A DNA stretch of 64,000 nucleotides from an uncultured delta proteobacterium. Its GTDB lineage: Bacteria > Desulfobacterota > RBG-13-43-22. The notes under the pieces were generated by a model that was not told where the DNA came from, did no database searches, and worked only from the letters and a program-made list of their open reading frames with translations. Every line of letters begins with the position of its first letter. Position 1 is the stretch's first letter. The stretch lies in assembly GCA_963743305.1 (NCBI GenBank), contig CAVUPH010000016.1:32001-96000 (forward strand), written 5' to 3'. A program made the translations under genes and the position numbers. This document shows positions 50,673 to 59,542 of this stretch, one piece after another.

Positions 50673-51832
50673 ATGGGAAAGGATATATTCAAGGAATTTG
50701 ACGGGTATGAACAGATAGTGGCTGAGCGGGAGGTGGTCCGGAAATACGGGCTGGATTATTCGCCGGATAAAGACGATTCCGAACAATACATCCGGCGTCT
50801 CCATCCCCAACGGACTGGGGCTTCGGGTTTCCGATATCATCACCGAGACACCTTCTACGAAGACTTTCCGGCTGGTAAGTCCAAGACGACACCCTCCCGC
50901 CCTTTCTGGCGGGCCAATACCTGGCATTATTTTTGGATATCGGAGGAATCCGGACGGGACGTCCGTACAGCATTTCCTCCGCCCCCAATCAAACCGGATA
51001 CTACGATCTTACCGTCAGGCGGGTGGCAAACGGTCTGGTTTCCAACTATCTTCATGAGGCGGTTAAAACGGGGGATCATCTTCAAAGCTCGGGGCCGGAA
51101 GGCCATTTTTACCATAACCCCTTGTTCCACGATCGCACCATGGTCTGCCTGGCCGGCGGGAGCGGGATTACTCCTTTTATGAGCATGGTGCGGGAAATAG
51201 CGGAGCGCGGTCTCGACCGGGAGGTGTTTCTCTTTTACGGAAGCCGGACCCTGGAAGAAACCGTTTTTCATGAGCAACTGATCTACTATGCTGAGCGGTT
51301 TCCCCTTATTCACTATTTTCCGGTCATCGAAGCCCCCTCGGAAGGCTACGGCGGCCTGACCGGTCTGCTGACCGGGGAACTTATAAAAACCACGGTGGGG
51401 GAACTAGGAAACAAGACCTTCTATCTGTGCGGCCCCCAGGCCATGTACGACTTCTGTATCCCCCAACTGGAAGGATTGGGCATCTCCAGGCGGAAAATCC
51501 GGAAGGAGGTTTACGGACCGCCGGCGGACATTACCCGATCCCCAAATTGGCCGGCGGAGGTGAAGGCGGATCAGGTTTTCACGATAAAAATTGACGGCGG
51601 TCCGACTATAGAAGCCCTGGCGGGGGAACCCCTGGTTTCGGCCCTGGAAAGGCAGGGAATCCTGGTCCGGAGCCTTTGCCGTTCGGGCGAGTGCAGCATG
51701 TGCCGGGTGAAAATAGTATCGGGAAAAGTGTTCGAACCGGCAGGGACCCCGGTCCGGCGATCTGACCGGCGCTACGGTTATACTCATGCTTGCGTCACCT
51801 ATCCGCTGGGAGATCTGGAAATTTTGTTGTAA
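50673..51832 (+). CDS. FNR-type FAD/NAD oxidoreductase with C-terminal 2Fe-2S ferredoxin (frameshifts near 50810-50900)
   Basis: RPYSISS, G.VS, AGGSGITPF, YLCGP, CRSGECSMC...C. Confidence 0.88.
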
Positions 51833-52030
51833 ATTAAAACGAATTGCTCCGCCTCTCACCGGAGGAGGAGGGTTATATGTGGGGAGGAATATCGGAAGGA
51901 TGGAATGATGGAACGATAAGAAAAGGGCTGGTCAACGCTGACTGGACTGGTGGATTTCGCGGATTTGATTCCATTATTCCAATATTCCATCCTTCCTTTG
52001 AAAATAAAAAAAATATCCGGAGGGATTACT

Positions 52031-52858
52031 ATGAGCGAAGAGCGTAATCAGGAATTGGTCACCTACCATCGGGAGGGGCACTTGGGTTTTATCACCCTGA
52101 ACCGGCCGGAGAAGCGCAACGCCATGAACTGGGCCTTGTGGCTGGCGTTGGAACAGGCCGTTCTACAAGCCGAAGCGGATAAGGAAGCCCGGGTGGTCAT
52201 CGTGAAAGGGGAGGGGAAAACGTTTTGTGCGGGGTTGGATCTCGGACCGGAAAACGAACTCCTCCAGGCCATCGGGGCCACGCCCGGCGCTACTCAGAAA
52301 CTGGATTTCTACCGGCTGGCCCGGAGGGGGCAGGATATCTTTACCAGGCTGGAACGCCTCCCCCAGCCGACGATCGCCGTCATTCAGGCCCACTGCCTGG
52401 GAGCGGGGCTGGAAATGGTCCTCTGCTGTGATATGCGTTTCTGCTCGGCCGAGACCCTGTTTGGCCTTCCCGAGCCGACGCTGGCCATCATCACCGATGC
52501 CGGCGGCCTGCAGCGCCTGCCCCGGGTGGTGGGGAGAGGGCACGCCCGGGAGATCGCCTTCCGTGGCCACCGTTTTAATGCCGAGCGGGCCCGGGCCATC
52601 GATCTGGTCAACGACGTATTCCCGGACAAAGAAAGTCTGGATTCTAAAGTAATGGAAATCGCCGCGGAAATCGCTTCCAACCCTCCCCTGGCCGTCCAGG
52701 GGGCCAAGGAAGCCCTGCTGTTTAATGAAGAGGCCGATCTGCAGGAGTCGTTGGAATACACGGCCGCCCGCTCCAGCATGATCCTGCCTTCGGAAGATCT
52801 TTACGAAGCCATCGCGGCCTATATGGAAAAGAAGAAAGGGAAGTTCAAAGGGGCTTAA
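52031..52858 (+). CDS. Enoyl-CoA hydratase/isomerase family protein
   Basis: LNRPEKRNA, FCAGLDL, CLGAGLE, DAGGLQRLPR. Confidence 0.92.
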   Translation: MSEERNQELVTYHREGHLGFITLNRPEKRNAMNWALWLALEQAVLQAEADKEARVVIVKGEGKTFCAGLDLGPENELLQAIGATPGATQKLDFYRLARRGQDIFTRLERLPQPTIAVIQAHCLGAGLEMVLCCDMRFCSAETLFGLPEPTLAIITDAGGLQRLPRVVGRGHAREIAFRGHRFNAERARAIDLVNDVFPDKESLDSKVMEIAAEIASNPPLAVQGAKEALLFNEEADLQESLEYTAARSSMILPSEDLYEAIAAYMEKKKGKFKGA

Positions 52859-52880
52859 CCCTGGCCAAAAATATAAGGAA

Positions 52881-52916
52881 CCAGGCCGGCCCGGTAGCAG
52901 TACAGGGCCGGCCCGG
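52881..52916. terminator. GC hairpin between convergent genes
   Basis: ggccggccc / gggccggcc stem; no strong U-tract. Confidence 0.45.
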
Positions 52917-52927
52917 GTAAGGAATGA

Positions 52928-53347
52928 TTAAATGGATTTTTCCCAGCCCTGCCCGAAGTCAGCCAGCGGCCTTATCTCCAGCACCTCAAAGGTAACGGCC
53001 GCCTGGATCATCTTGGCGGCGTTTTCTCCGGCTTTTTCGGCAATGGCTTTGCGGATCTGTTCCAGCTTGTTCCCTTCCATGTCGATTTCGGTGGCCTTCA
53101 AATAGAGGCGAACCCCTTTCCATTCCGGCAGGGTGTTGCCCGGTTCCATAATCATGTAGGCGGCCCAGGGGTTTTCCTTCAGATTGGCCAGGGTCCGGTT
53201 GTTTCCCAAGCCCATAAAAACGGTCTTGGGATCGGTCATCCGAGGGGAGCCGAAATAGGCCACGTTGACTTTCCCGTCTTTGCCGGCCGTGCTCAAGGTG
53301 CCGAGGCGGGGTTGCTTGTTGAAGTATTCCATCAGTTTTTCGCTCAT
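52928..53347 (-). CDS. Pyridoxamine 5'-phosphate oxidase-like FMN-binding protein
   Basis: LSTAGKDGKVNVA, RTLANLKENP. Confidence 0.85.
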   Translation of the reverse strand: MSEKLMEYFNKQPRLGTLSTAGKDGKVNVAYFGSPRMTDPKTVFMGLGNNRTLANLKENPWAAYMIMEPGNTLPEWKGVRLYLKATEIDMEGNKLEQIRKAIAEKAGENAAKMIQAAVTFEVLEIRPLADFGQGWEKSI

Positions 53348-53365
53348 ACCTTCTCCTTTCTCGTT

Positions 53366-53833
53366 TTAAGTTAATCCGGGAATCAAATCCGGGTGTAGAA
53401 CCCAATGAATTACCCAAAACCTTCCCGGCGTCGGCCCCAGGCAAAATATGGCCCCGTAGCGAAAGGCCACCAGGGGGATTTCTTCATCTCCCGAGACCAA
53501 CCGCATGGCTACTTTGTGCAAAAAAGGCAAATGGCCGACGAGCATCAACTCTTTGTTATCCGTAGTGATTCGATCGATCCAGGGTTGGACTTCATCGTTG
53601 GGTTTAAGGCCGGCCGCCGCTTCCAACGGGCAACCCAAGGCCTCCGCTAGAATTTCGGCCGTCTGCTGCGCCCGGCGCTTTTCGCTGTGGAAAATCTGAG
53701 CCGGTTTTAATCCGGCCCGCCTGGCGGATTCGGCCACGGCCCGGATTTCGGCTGTGCCCCGGTCGGTCAAGGACCGATCGGGATCTTCCTTTTCCGCTTT
53801 GGCTTCACCGTGCTGGACGAGGTAGAGTTTCAT
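53366..53833 (-). CDS. sixA: Phosphohistidine phosphatase SixA
   Basis: LYLVQHGEA, R.LT, S...RA.QTA, LVGHLP. Confidence 0.88.
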   Translation of the reverse strand: MKLYLVQHGEAKAEKEDPDRSLTDRGTAEIRAVAESARRAGLKPAQIFHSEKRRAQQTAEILAEALGCPLEAAAGLKPNDEVQPWIDRITTDNKELMLVGHLPFLHKVAMRLVSGDEEIPLVAFRYGAIFCLGPTPGRFWVIHWVLHPDLIPGLT

Positions 53834-53944
53834 TCTTGGATTTCTACTTTTAGATAATCGTAGACGAAAAAGACCGTTCTGTCAACGAAGGTTCTGTTTC
53901 AGGGAGATTTGGAAGAGGAGGAGAGAATTATTTTGGGCGGTCTT

Positions 53945-54544
53945 TCAGCGGGATTGTACCCTTACCGACAGCTCTTTCCCGGGTTCGTCTGAGAGAGCGG
54001 TTAGCAAATTCCGGTATGGTATTTCAATTCCGTCTCCATCCTGGATTCGGCATTCATCCGCCAGCTTGGATTCGTTCCACTTCAAGAAGTCCAACAGTTT
54101 CGATTCCTCGATCAGAAATCCATTCTCCAAGATTCGTGGCCCGAAGTCCTTGAGCAGGATGTTGAAAAGTTTGATGACGATCGAACCTTTTTGAGACTCC
54201 TTGAAAAATCCGGACCACCTTGGAAGGTAATCGAGTTGCGGAGAGTAGAATAAAACCCCCCGCGTCGCATGGTGGCGCCCACCAATCCCGGCAAGGCCCC
54301 GGAAAGGGCCAGGGAGGCCCCATCCGTCAAAACGGCCGTGGAGGGATCATCCACCGCTTTACCGTTAAAAAAAATGGTCTGTATTTTTTCGTCGATAATT
54401 TCCGGATTCAGTCCCAATTGCCGGACCAGAAAATCCTGGATGCTGCCTCCCAGCGGGGTTTCTATTCGCAGTCCCTGCTGAAGGAGAAAATGGAAGGTCC
54501 TCAACTTCGAGGGGGCCACGTTAAAGAGGATAATCGGGTTTCAT
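53945..54544 (-). CDS. Hypothetical protein with a ThiS/MoaD-like N-terminal region (indels near 54537 and 54190)
   Basis: ORF 54112-54519 joins ORF 53945-54130; IQTIFFNGKAVDD..LTDGASLALS pattern. Confidence 0.6.
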
Positions 54545-54575
54545 GGGTCTGGTTTCGGATTTTGTGCGTCGAATT

Positions 54576-54600
54576 AAAGGGGGGGCCAAAAGCCCCCCCG
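54576..54600 (-). terminator. Putative intrinsic terminator after the AOR gene
   Basis: G7/C7 stem followed by TTT on the minus strand. Confidence 0.55.
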
Positions 54601-54628
54601 AAAAAAGGTTGTCAGAAAAGTGGACAAG

Positions 54629-56365
54629 TTACCAGTTAAAGACTTTGTCCAAATCCTCATCCTTAACCTGGAAGGTTACGTTATGGGGCGGGAAGGCTTC
54701 TTTCTTGAAGTAATCCGGCAGGCGATCCTGTTTGGAGGTGAAGCCGGCCCGGGCGTTGAAGTCCCGTTCATTTTTTAAGACGGATTTTCCCAGGGCCGCC
54801 ACGTCATCGGCGGTGAGATTCAAGCCGTAGAAGGCGTTAATGGAATCGATCAAGGCCTGGAATGTCTCCGGTTGGTCCAACACGGCGAAGGCCACGAAGA
54901 GGCACATGCCGGTGGAATCCACAGCGGCTGTGGCGATCTGCAGGTTTCGGGAAAGTTCGATCTGGCCTTCGGGTTTGAGGGGATCCACGGTTCCGCCCAC
55001 ATTCAGGATGTTGGCCGTCACCGCGTAACCGGCGGTGTGATCCGCCCCCATCGGGGTGGTGGCGTAGGTCACCCCCATGCCCTGTACGGCCCGGGGATCA
55101 TAGGCCGGCATGGCCTGGCCCTTGACCACCGGGACCCGTTCCACGCCGAAGACTTTACCGGTTACGGCGGCGCCGTTACCGAGGATCCGCCCCAGGTGCG
55201 ACCCTTTGCCTACCTCTTTGACCAAGTTGATGGCCCCTTGGCCATCCCCAAACTTAATCAGGCCGGCATCCATGGCTACGGCTACGGTGGCACCCATCTC
55301 GATGGTGTCCACGCCGTAGTTGTCATCCAGGAAATCCAGCATGGCGATGGTGTCCAGGTCGTCGATGCCGCAGTTCCCGCCGTGGGCCCAGACCGTTTCG
55401 TATTCGGGTTGCTTGGTCAGGAAATGGCCATCCTTATCGTTGTAAGTGCCTGAACAACGGATGACGCAGCCCCGGTGACAGCCGTGGGTAGCCAACCCAC
55501 CCCGGCTGGTCTCCAGTTCGGCCTGGGCCTCGCCGCTGATCTTGGCCGCTCCGTCGAACCGGCCCTGCTTGAAGTTGTAAGTCGGATAGCCGCCGGCCTC
55601 GTTGAGAACGTTGGTCAAGACATTGGTCCCGTAGGCCGGGAGCCCCTGGCCGGTGACCGGGTGTTTCTTCAGGCCATCGACCCATATCCGGGTTGCCTCC
55701 TTGAATTTTTCCGGATCCTTCGGCGAGCGCATGGCCTTGCCGGTGTCGTCGAGGATGATCACCTTGACCCCTTTGGAGCCCATGACGGCGCCGACGCCGC
55801 CGCGACCGGCGTGTCGGGTAGGGCGCTGCTCCATGTCGGTGAAGGCGATGGAAGCGGCCGAGAGCTTCATCTCCCCGGCCGGACCGATGGATATAAAGGC
55901 GGCTTTTTCCCCGTATTCCTGTTTCATTTTTTCAATCAAGTCGTAATTGGGGAGGAGCTTCAGGCTGTTATCGGCCCAGATCTTGACCCCGTCCTTATTG
56001 ATCAGAATCCGGTAAAGGGTGTCGTCTTTCGGTCTTCCTTCCAGGACGATGGCCGCATAGCCCAGCCGGGCCAAAACCTGGGAGGCCTGACCGCCGGCAT
56101 TGGCCTCTTTAATTCCACCGGTTAAGGGACTCTTACAGCCCACCGAGATCCTGCCGGACATGGCCGCGGTAGTCCCACTCAATAATCCCGGCGCGATCAC
56201 CAGTTTGTTATCTTCGCTCAGAGGATGACAAAGAGGCGGCACTTCCTTCGAGACCAAGGCTGAGGTAAACGCCCGCCCGCCCAGACCGGCATAGTCTCCC
56301 ACCGGGACTTCCTGAAAAGTGGGGCCGCCCTCGGCCCCCATATTCACGCGCAAGATTTTATCCAT
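54629..56365 (-). CDS. aor: Aldehyde:ferredoxin oxidoreductase (tungsten-type AOR)
   Basis: KSPLTGGIKE, AGRGGVGAVMGSK, C..GC...C, PEYET, AYDPR, GADHT, DRLP. Confidence 0.93.
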   Translation of the reverse strand: MDKILRVNMGAEGGPTFQEVPVGDYAGLGGRAFTSALVSKEVPPLCHPLSEDNKLVIAPGLLSGTTAAMSGRISVGCKSPLTGGIKEANAGGQASQVLARLGYAAIVLEGRPKDDTLYRILINKDGVKIWADNSLKLLPNYDLIEKMKQEYGEKAAFISIGPAGEMKLSAASIAFTDMEQRPTRHAGRGGVGAVMGSKGVKVIILDDTGKAMRSPKDPEKFKEATRIWVDGLKKHPVTGQGLPAYGTNVLTNVLNEAGGYPTYNFKQGRFDGAAKISGEAQAELETSRGGLATHGCHRGCVIRCSGTYNDKDGHFLTKQPEYETVWAHGGNCGIDDLDTIAMLDFLDDNYGVDTIEMGATVAVAMDAGLIKFGDGQGAINLVKEVGKGSHLGRILGNGAAVTGKVFGVERVPVVKGQAMPAYDPRAVQGMGVTYATTPMGADHTAGYAVTANILNVGGTVDPLKPEGQIELSRNLQIATAAVDSTGMCLFVAFAVLDQPETFQALIDSINAFYGLNLTADDVAALGKSVLKNERDFNARAGFTSKQDRLPDYFKKEAFPPHNVTFQVKDEDLDKVFNW

Positions 56366-56509
56366 CGGATTCTCCTTTCTGTATGAATGTTCTTTTTAAG
56401 AAAGAATTGAGATTGAGATCAAGTCCTGATGGATATTTTCGCTCATTGGGTTGGAAAGTCAAGAAAAATTCTGTAAAATTAATTAGTTATGTCATTTATG
56501 ACATAATGC

Positions 56510-56749
56510 CTATCCCCCGGCTAAAGGGGGGAACATACCCAGTCGGTCACCCTCATTCAGTATGGCTTCCAGCGGGGCATGTGAACCGTTTATAAAAATA
56601 ATCCGGGGAGTGTCGAGAGGGATGTGGAGTTGTTCGATCAATTGCTTAATGGTTGTTCCCTCAGGGAGCTCGATGGGATTGGGATTACCCCGGGCTCTAT
56701 CGGGCAGGTACTCGGCCAAAGAGGCATAAAGATTTAAATTGATTTTCAT
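56510..56749 (-). CDS. moaD: MoaD/ThiS sulfur carrier protein
   Basis: C-terminal FPPLAGG; directly upstream of AOR. Confidence 0.9.
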   Translation of the reverse strand: MKINLNLYASLAEYLPDRARGNPNPIELPEGTTIKQLIEQLHIPLDTPRIIFINGSHAPLEAILNEGDRLGMFPPLAGG

Positions 56750-57153
56750 GAGTCTTCACTCCTCCAACCTCTTCAATTTAAAGTTATTGTCTCACTTCCC
56801 GCGCGAATTTTCAATGTCGCCGGGAAATTTACCCAGGGAGAAGTTTCCAATTGTAGGCCGGGGTTGTATGAATAATCAAAAGGACTTTCAATTTCAACGA
56901 TTTCCGCCTTGGAATAATCAATCCAATCTTCTCCTGGAGAGTTATTCGAAAAAATTCCGTTTCATGGCTAAAAATATTGCTTTCACCTACAAATGTTTCA
57001 TCGGGATGGTCCCAAGATTTAACGATTACGGATGGAACTTCGCAGGAAAGGCGAAACCCTTATTGACCCTGCTATAGTTCAGCCCGCAGGGTTGCTCGTC
57101 TCCTTGTCGGAAAGTATATTATTGAAATTCTCCAAATCTGATGGATATACCTA

Positions 57154-58119
57154 TCACCGTAATATTAGGGGAAGGTAGAGGTAACTCAGCGGGGTTTTAA
57201 AAGCTTGATCCTCTCCATTGGACGTCCCGACCGAGTTTACGCCAACTACCCGATAATGATAGGTCGTATCAGGAGACAGCCCCCTTATGGCCTTGTTCAC
57301 CGCAGTATCGCTTGTGCCCGTTACCGGGCTCTGATCCGCCGTCACAGTGCTGCCATAAGACGCGGTCAGCCCGTACTCGAAGGTCACCACGGTATTGTCA
57401 TCATTAGCGTTCACCATCCCATTCAAGGTCGCCTCCGAGGTCGTTATCCCGCTGGCCGGATTGGTCGTGACGGTGGGAGCCACTGCTGGGCAGACGGTAG
57501 AAGCCGAAACCGTACCCGAGGAACCGCCGCCTGAGGCAGATAGCACCAGTGCCCCTAAGACCCCGCTGGTATTAACGTTCGTGGACTGCCCTGTAGTCAG
57601 TTGGAAGGTATTGGACGCGATGGGCGCCCCGTTCAAGGTCAGGGTCCAGGTGCCACTGCTAGTCATACTCGCACCAATGTCCGTGATTACGAAGGTTCCA
57701 TTCCCCGTGGCGTCGCACTTTGCTGCAACTGCCAAGGTTGGTGGATTGCAAAACATTGAAGCGATTGCTGTGCCAGAACTTCCTCCTCCTGATGCGGATA
57801 GTACCAGTGTCCCAAAGAGCCCGCTGGTATTAACGCTCGTGGATGCCCCTGAAGTTAGCTGGAAGGAATTGGACGCGATGGACGTCCCGTTCAAGGTCAG
57901 GGTCCAGGTGCCAGGGCCAGTCATGCTTGCACCAATGTCCGTTATTACGAAGGTTCCGTTCGCTGCTTGATTGCATGCCCCCGTTACGGACAAAACAGGA
58001 ATCAAGGGCTGAGCAAACACTGTCCCTGTATTGGGTATACCAAAAACGGCAAGGCCGAATAGAAACAAGGCTACCAGCATAACGACGCCATATCGCTTTT
58101 TGGTCATCTTGGGTCCCAT
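57154..58119 (-). CDS. Secreted protein: two ~86-aa Cys-bracketed repeats, an Fn3-like domain and a C-terminal YLYLPLILR
   Basis: GGAGG RBS before ATG 58119; signal peptide; duplicated NGTFVITDIGASMT..GTWTLTLNG..FQLT; ATLNG.VN..FEYG..L.P.TTYHYRVV. Confidence 0.8.
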   Translation of the reverse strand: MGPKMTKKRYGVVMLVALFLFGLAVFGIPNTGTVFAQPLIPVLSVTGACNQAANGTFVITDIGASMTGPGTWTLTLNGTSIASNSFQLTSGASTSVNTSGLFGTLVLSASGGGSSGTAIASMFCNPPTLAVAAKCDATGNGTFVITDIGASMTSSGTWTLTLNGAPIASNTFQLTTGQSTNVNTSGVLGALVLSASGGGSSGTVSASTVCPAVAPTVTTNPASGITTSEATLNGMVNANDDNTVVTFEYGLTASYGSTVTADQSPVTGTSDTAVNKAIRGLSPDTTYHYRVVGVNSVGTSNGEDQAFKTPLSYLYLPLILR

Positions 58120-58144
58120 CTTTTTTTCCTCCTGGCTAAAATTG

Positions 58145-58178
58145 AAGCCCGGCCTCGATTGCTCGAAGGCCGGGCTTT
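58145..58178. promoter_or_regulatory. Terminator-like hairpin in the 5' leader of the 57154-58119 gene
   Basis: aagcccggcc / ggccgggctt stem with T-rich tails on both strands; TATAAT on the minus strand at 58230-58235. Confidence 0.5.
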
Positions 58179-58604
58179 TCGGCTCTTTTTTCACCGCACA
58201 CCTCCAGCAGGGTGGTTGCCGGCTGGATAATTATAAACCTGAAAGGGTCAGTTAATGAAACTTTTTGATTCTTGTCTGAAAAGAATTGTTGATAGGTTAA
58301 TGGAAATCCAGGGTTTGTCAAGATCTTTCAAAAGCCTCAGGACCCTTGTTGGGGGTAGTTCTCTCCATGCCTATTTGGAGGATGGGAGGGGTTCAAATGG
58401 AACATCGCCTGGTTACCAATTTTCGTTTGAATTCACCGACATCCCTTTAAAAATGACTCCTCACCTCAAATTTCTCTCCTCCACCTACAAGTCCTTTGTG
58501 ACGAGTTATCTCCTACCCATTGATTACCGAAGGAAATAAACAAAAAAGACAGAACCAAATAACCAAAATGGTCCCGCCTTTTATCTTTGACAGCCAGGAG
58601 AATT

Positions 58605-58690
58605 TTACATCTTAAACTTTCTCTTCAGCCCAAAAAGTCCAAGCAGGCCAGAGCCGAGAAAGAGCATGGGTAGGTAGGTTCTGTTATTGT
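58605..58690 (-). pseudogene. Degenerate PEP-CTERM sorting-signal remnant
   Basis: ITEPT[frameshift]MLFLGSGLLGLFGLKRKFKM* matches the PEP + TM + basic tail pattern; no convincing upstream coding sequence. Confidence 0.55.
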
Positions 58691-58872
58691 TAAATGATAG
58701 TCCGTTACACCAATTGGAAAACGCTTTTTCCCGTGTTCCCTTTTGCTTCGGCTCTTCTTGCAAGTAGTCTCTAAGCCTGCATATCGCCACGACTGGCTTC
58801 CTGAGCAGTTTGAGCGGCTGTCTCATTCGCTTCCGCCAATACTGCCTTAGCGAAACTGCTTAACGTAATGGT

Positions 58873-58965
58873 TGATGTGGTCCCCAGAAATCGGACAATG
58901 TGATAAGCTCTGAGTTAGCCCAAAGAATGGAGGTAACCATGAGCAATAAAAAACGACAACATCTC
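58873..58965 (+). mobile_element. Possible IS3-family left-end remnant
   Basis: TG-starting tgatgtggtccccagaaatcggaca IR-like sequence, then GGAGG RBS and ATG (MSNKKRQH) that aborts. Confidence 0.4.
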
Positions 58966-58996
58966 CTATGTTCTTCGCAAGAATCCTGATGAGCTA

Positions 58997-59542
58997 TTAC
59001 TCCATTACCTGAATAAATGATTTCACGGCCTTCACACCCTTCGTAGCGTGAGCGATGGCGATGATCTTGTTGATCTTGGCGCTCGAACTGACCACCCCGA
59101 TCAGCACCACGTGTCCATCGATCACCGTCATGTCCACCTGATCTGCCTTCAGGTCCGAATCGCCAACCATCTTATAGTGAATCTTCTCCTTGATCTCGAA
59201 GTCACTGATTTGGGACTGCTGGCTCGGCAGGAAGTACGTTTCCACTTTCTTCACCCCCTGAACCTGACGGGCAATCCTCACGGCTTCCGTGCCGACGCCT
59301 GAGCCATTCACCACGACACCCGTGAGTACCACAATGCCATTACGGCAGAATACGCTTATTTTGTCAATTCCCTCCACCCTGGACTGCTCAAGGTCCTTCT
59401 CGATTTGCCCCCTGACCCCGGCGTCATCTATCTGTTTTCCCACCGAGCGCTGGTCGGTTGCCACGTCATACCCCCCCGTTGCGGCTATCCCGAAGCAGCC
59501 GGTAAGAAGCACGGGCAGGATCAAGAAATAAAAAAGTTTCAT
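58997..59542 (-). CDS. Dual BON-domain lipoprotein (DolP/OsmY-like)
   Basis: LLTGC lipobox, D.RS.G.QIDD, two G.V.L.G.V..GV..V repeats. Confidence 0.9.
   Translation of the reverse strand: MKLFYFLILPVLLTGCFGIAATGGYDVATDQRSVGKQIDDAGVRGQIEKDLEQSRVEGIDKISVFCRNGIVVLTGVVVNGSGVGTEAVRIARQVQGVKKVETYFLPSQQSQISDFEIKEKIHYKMVGDSDLKADQVDMTVIDGHVVLIGVVSSSAKINKIIAIAHATKGVKAVKSFIQVME

Noticed and set aside
57035-57110. Possible riboswitch (ggaaaggcgaaaccc...)
   Set aside because: Could not build a c-di-GMP, SAM, Moco or Wco consensus, and this reading is on the opposite strand from moaD-aor.
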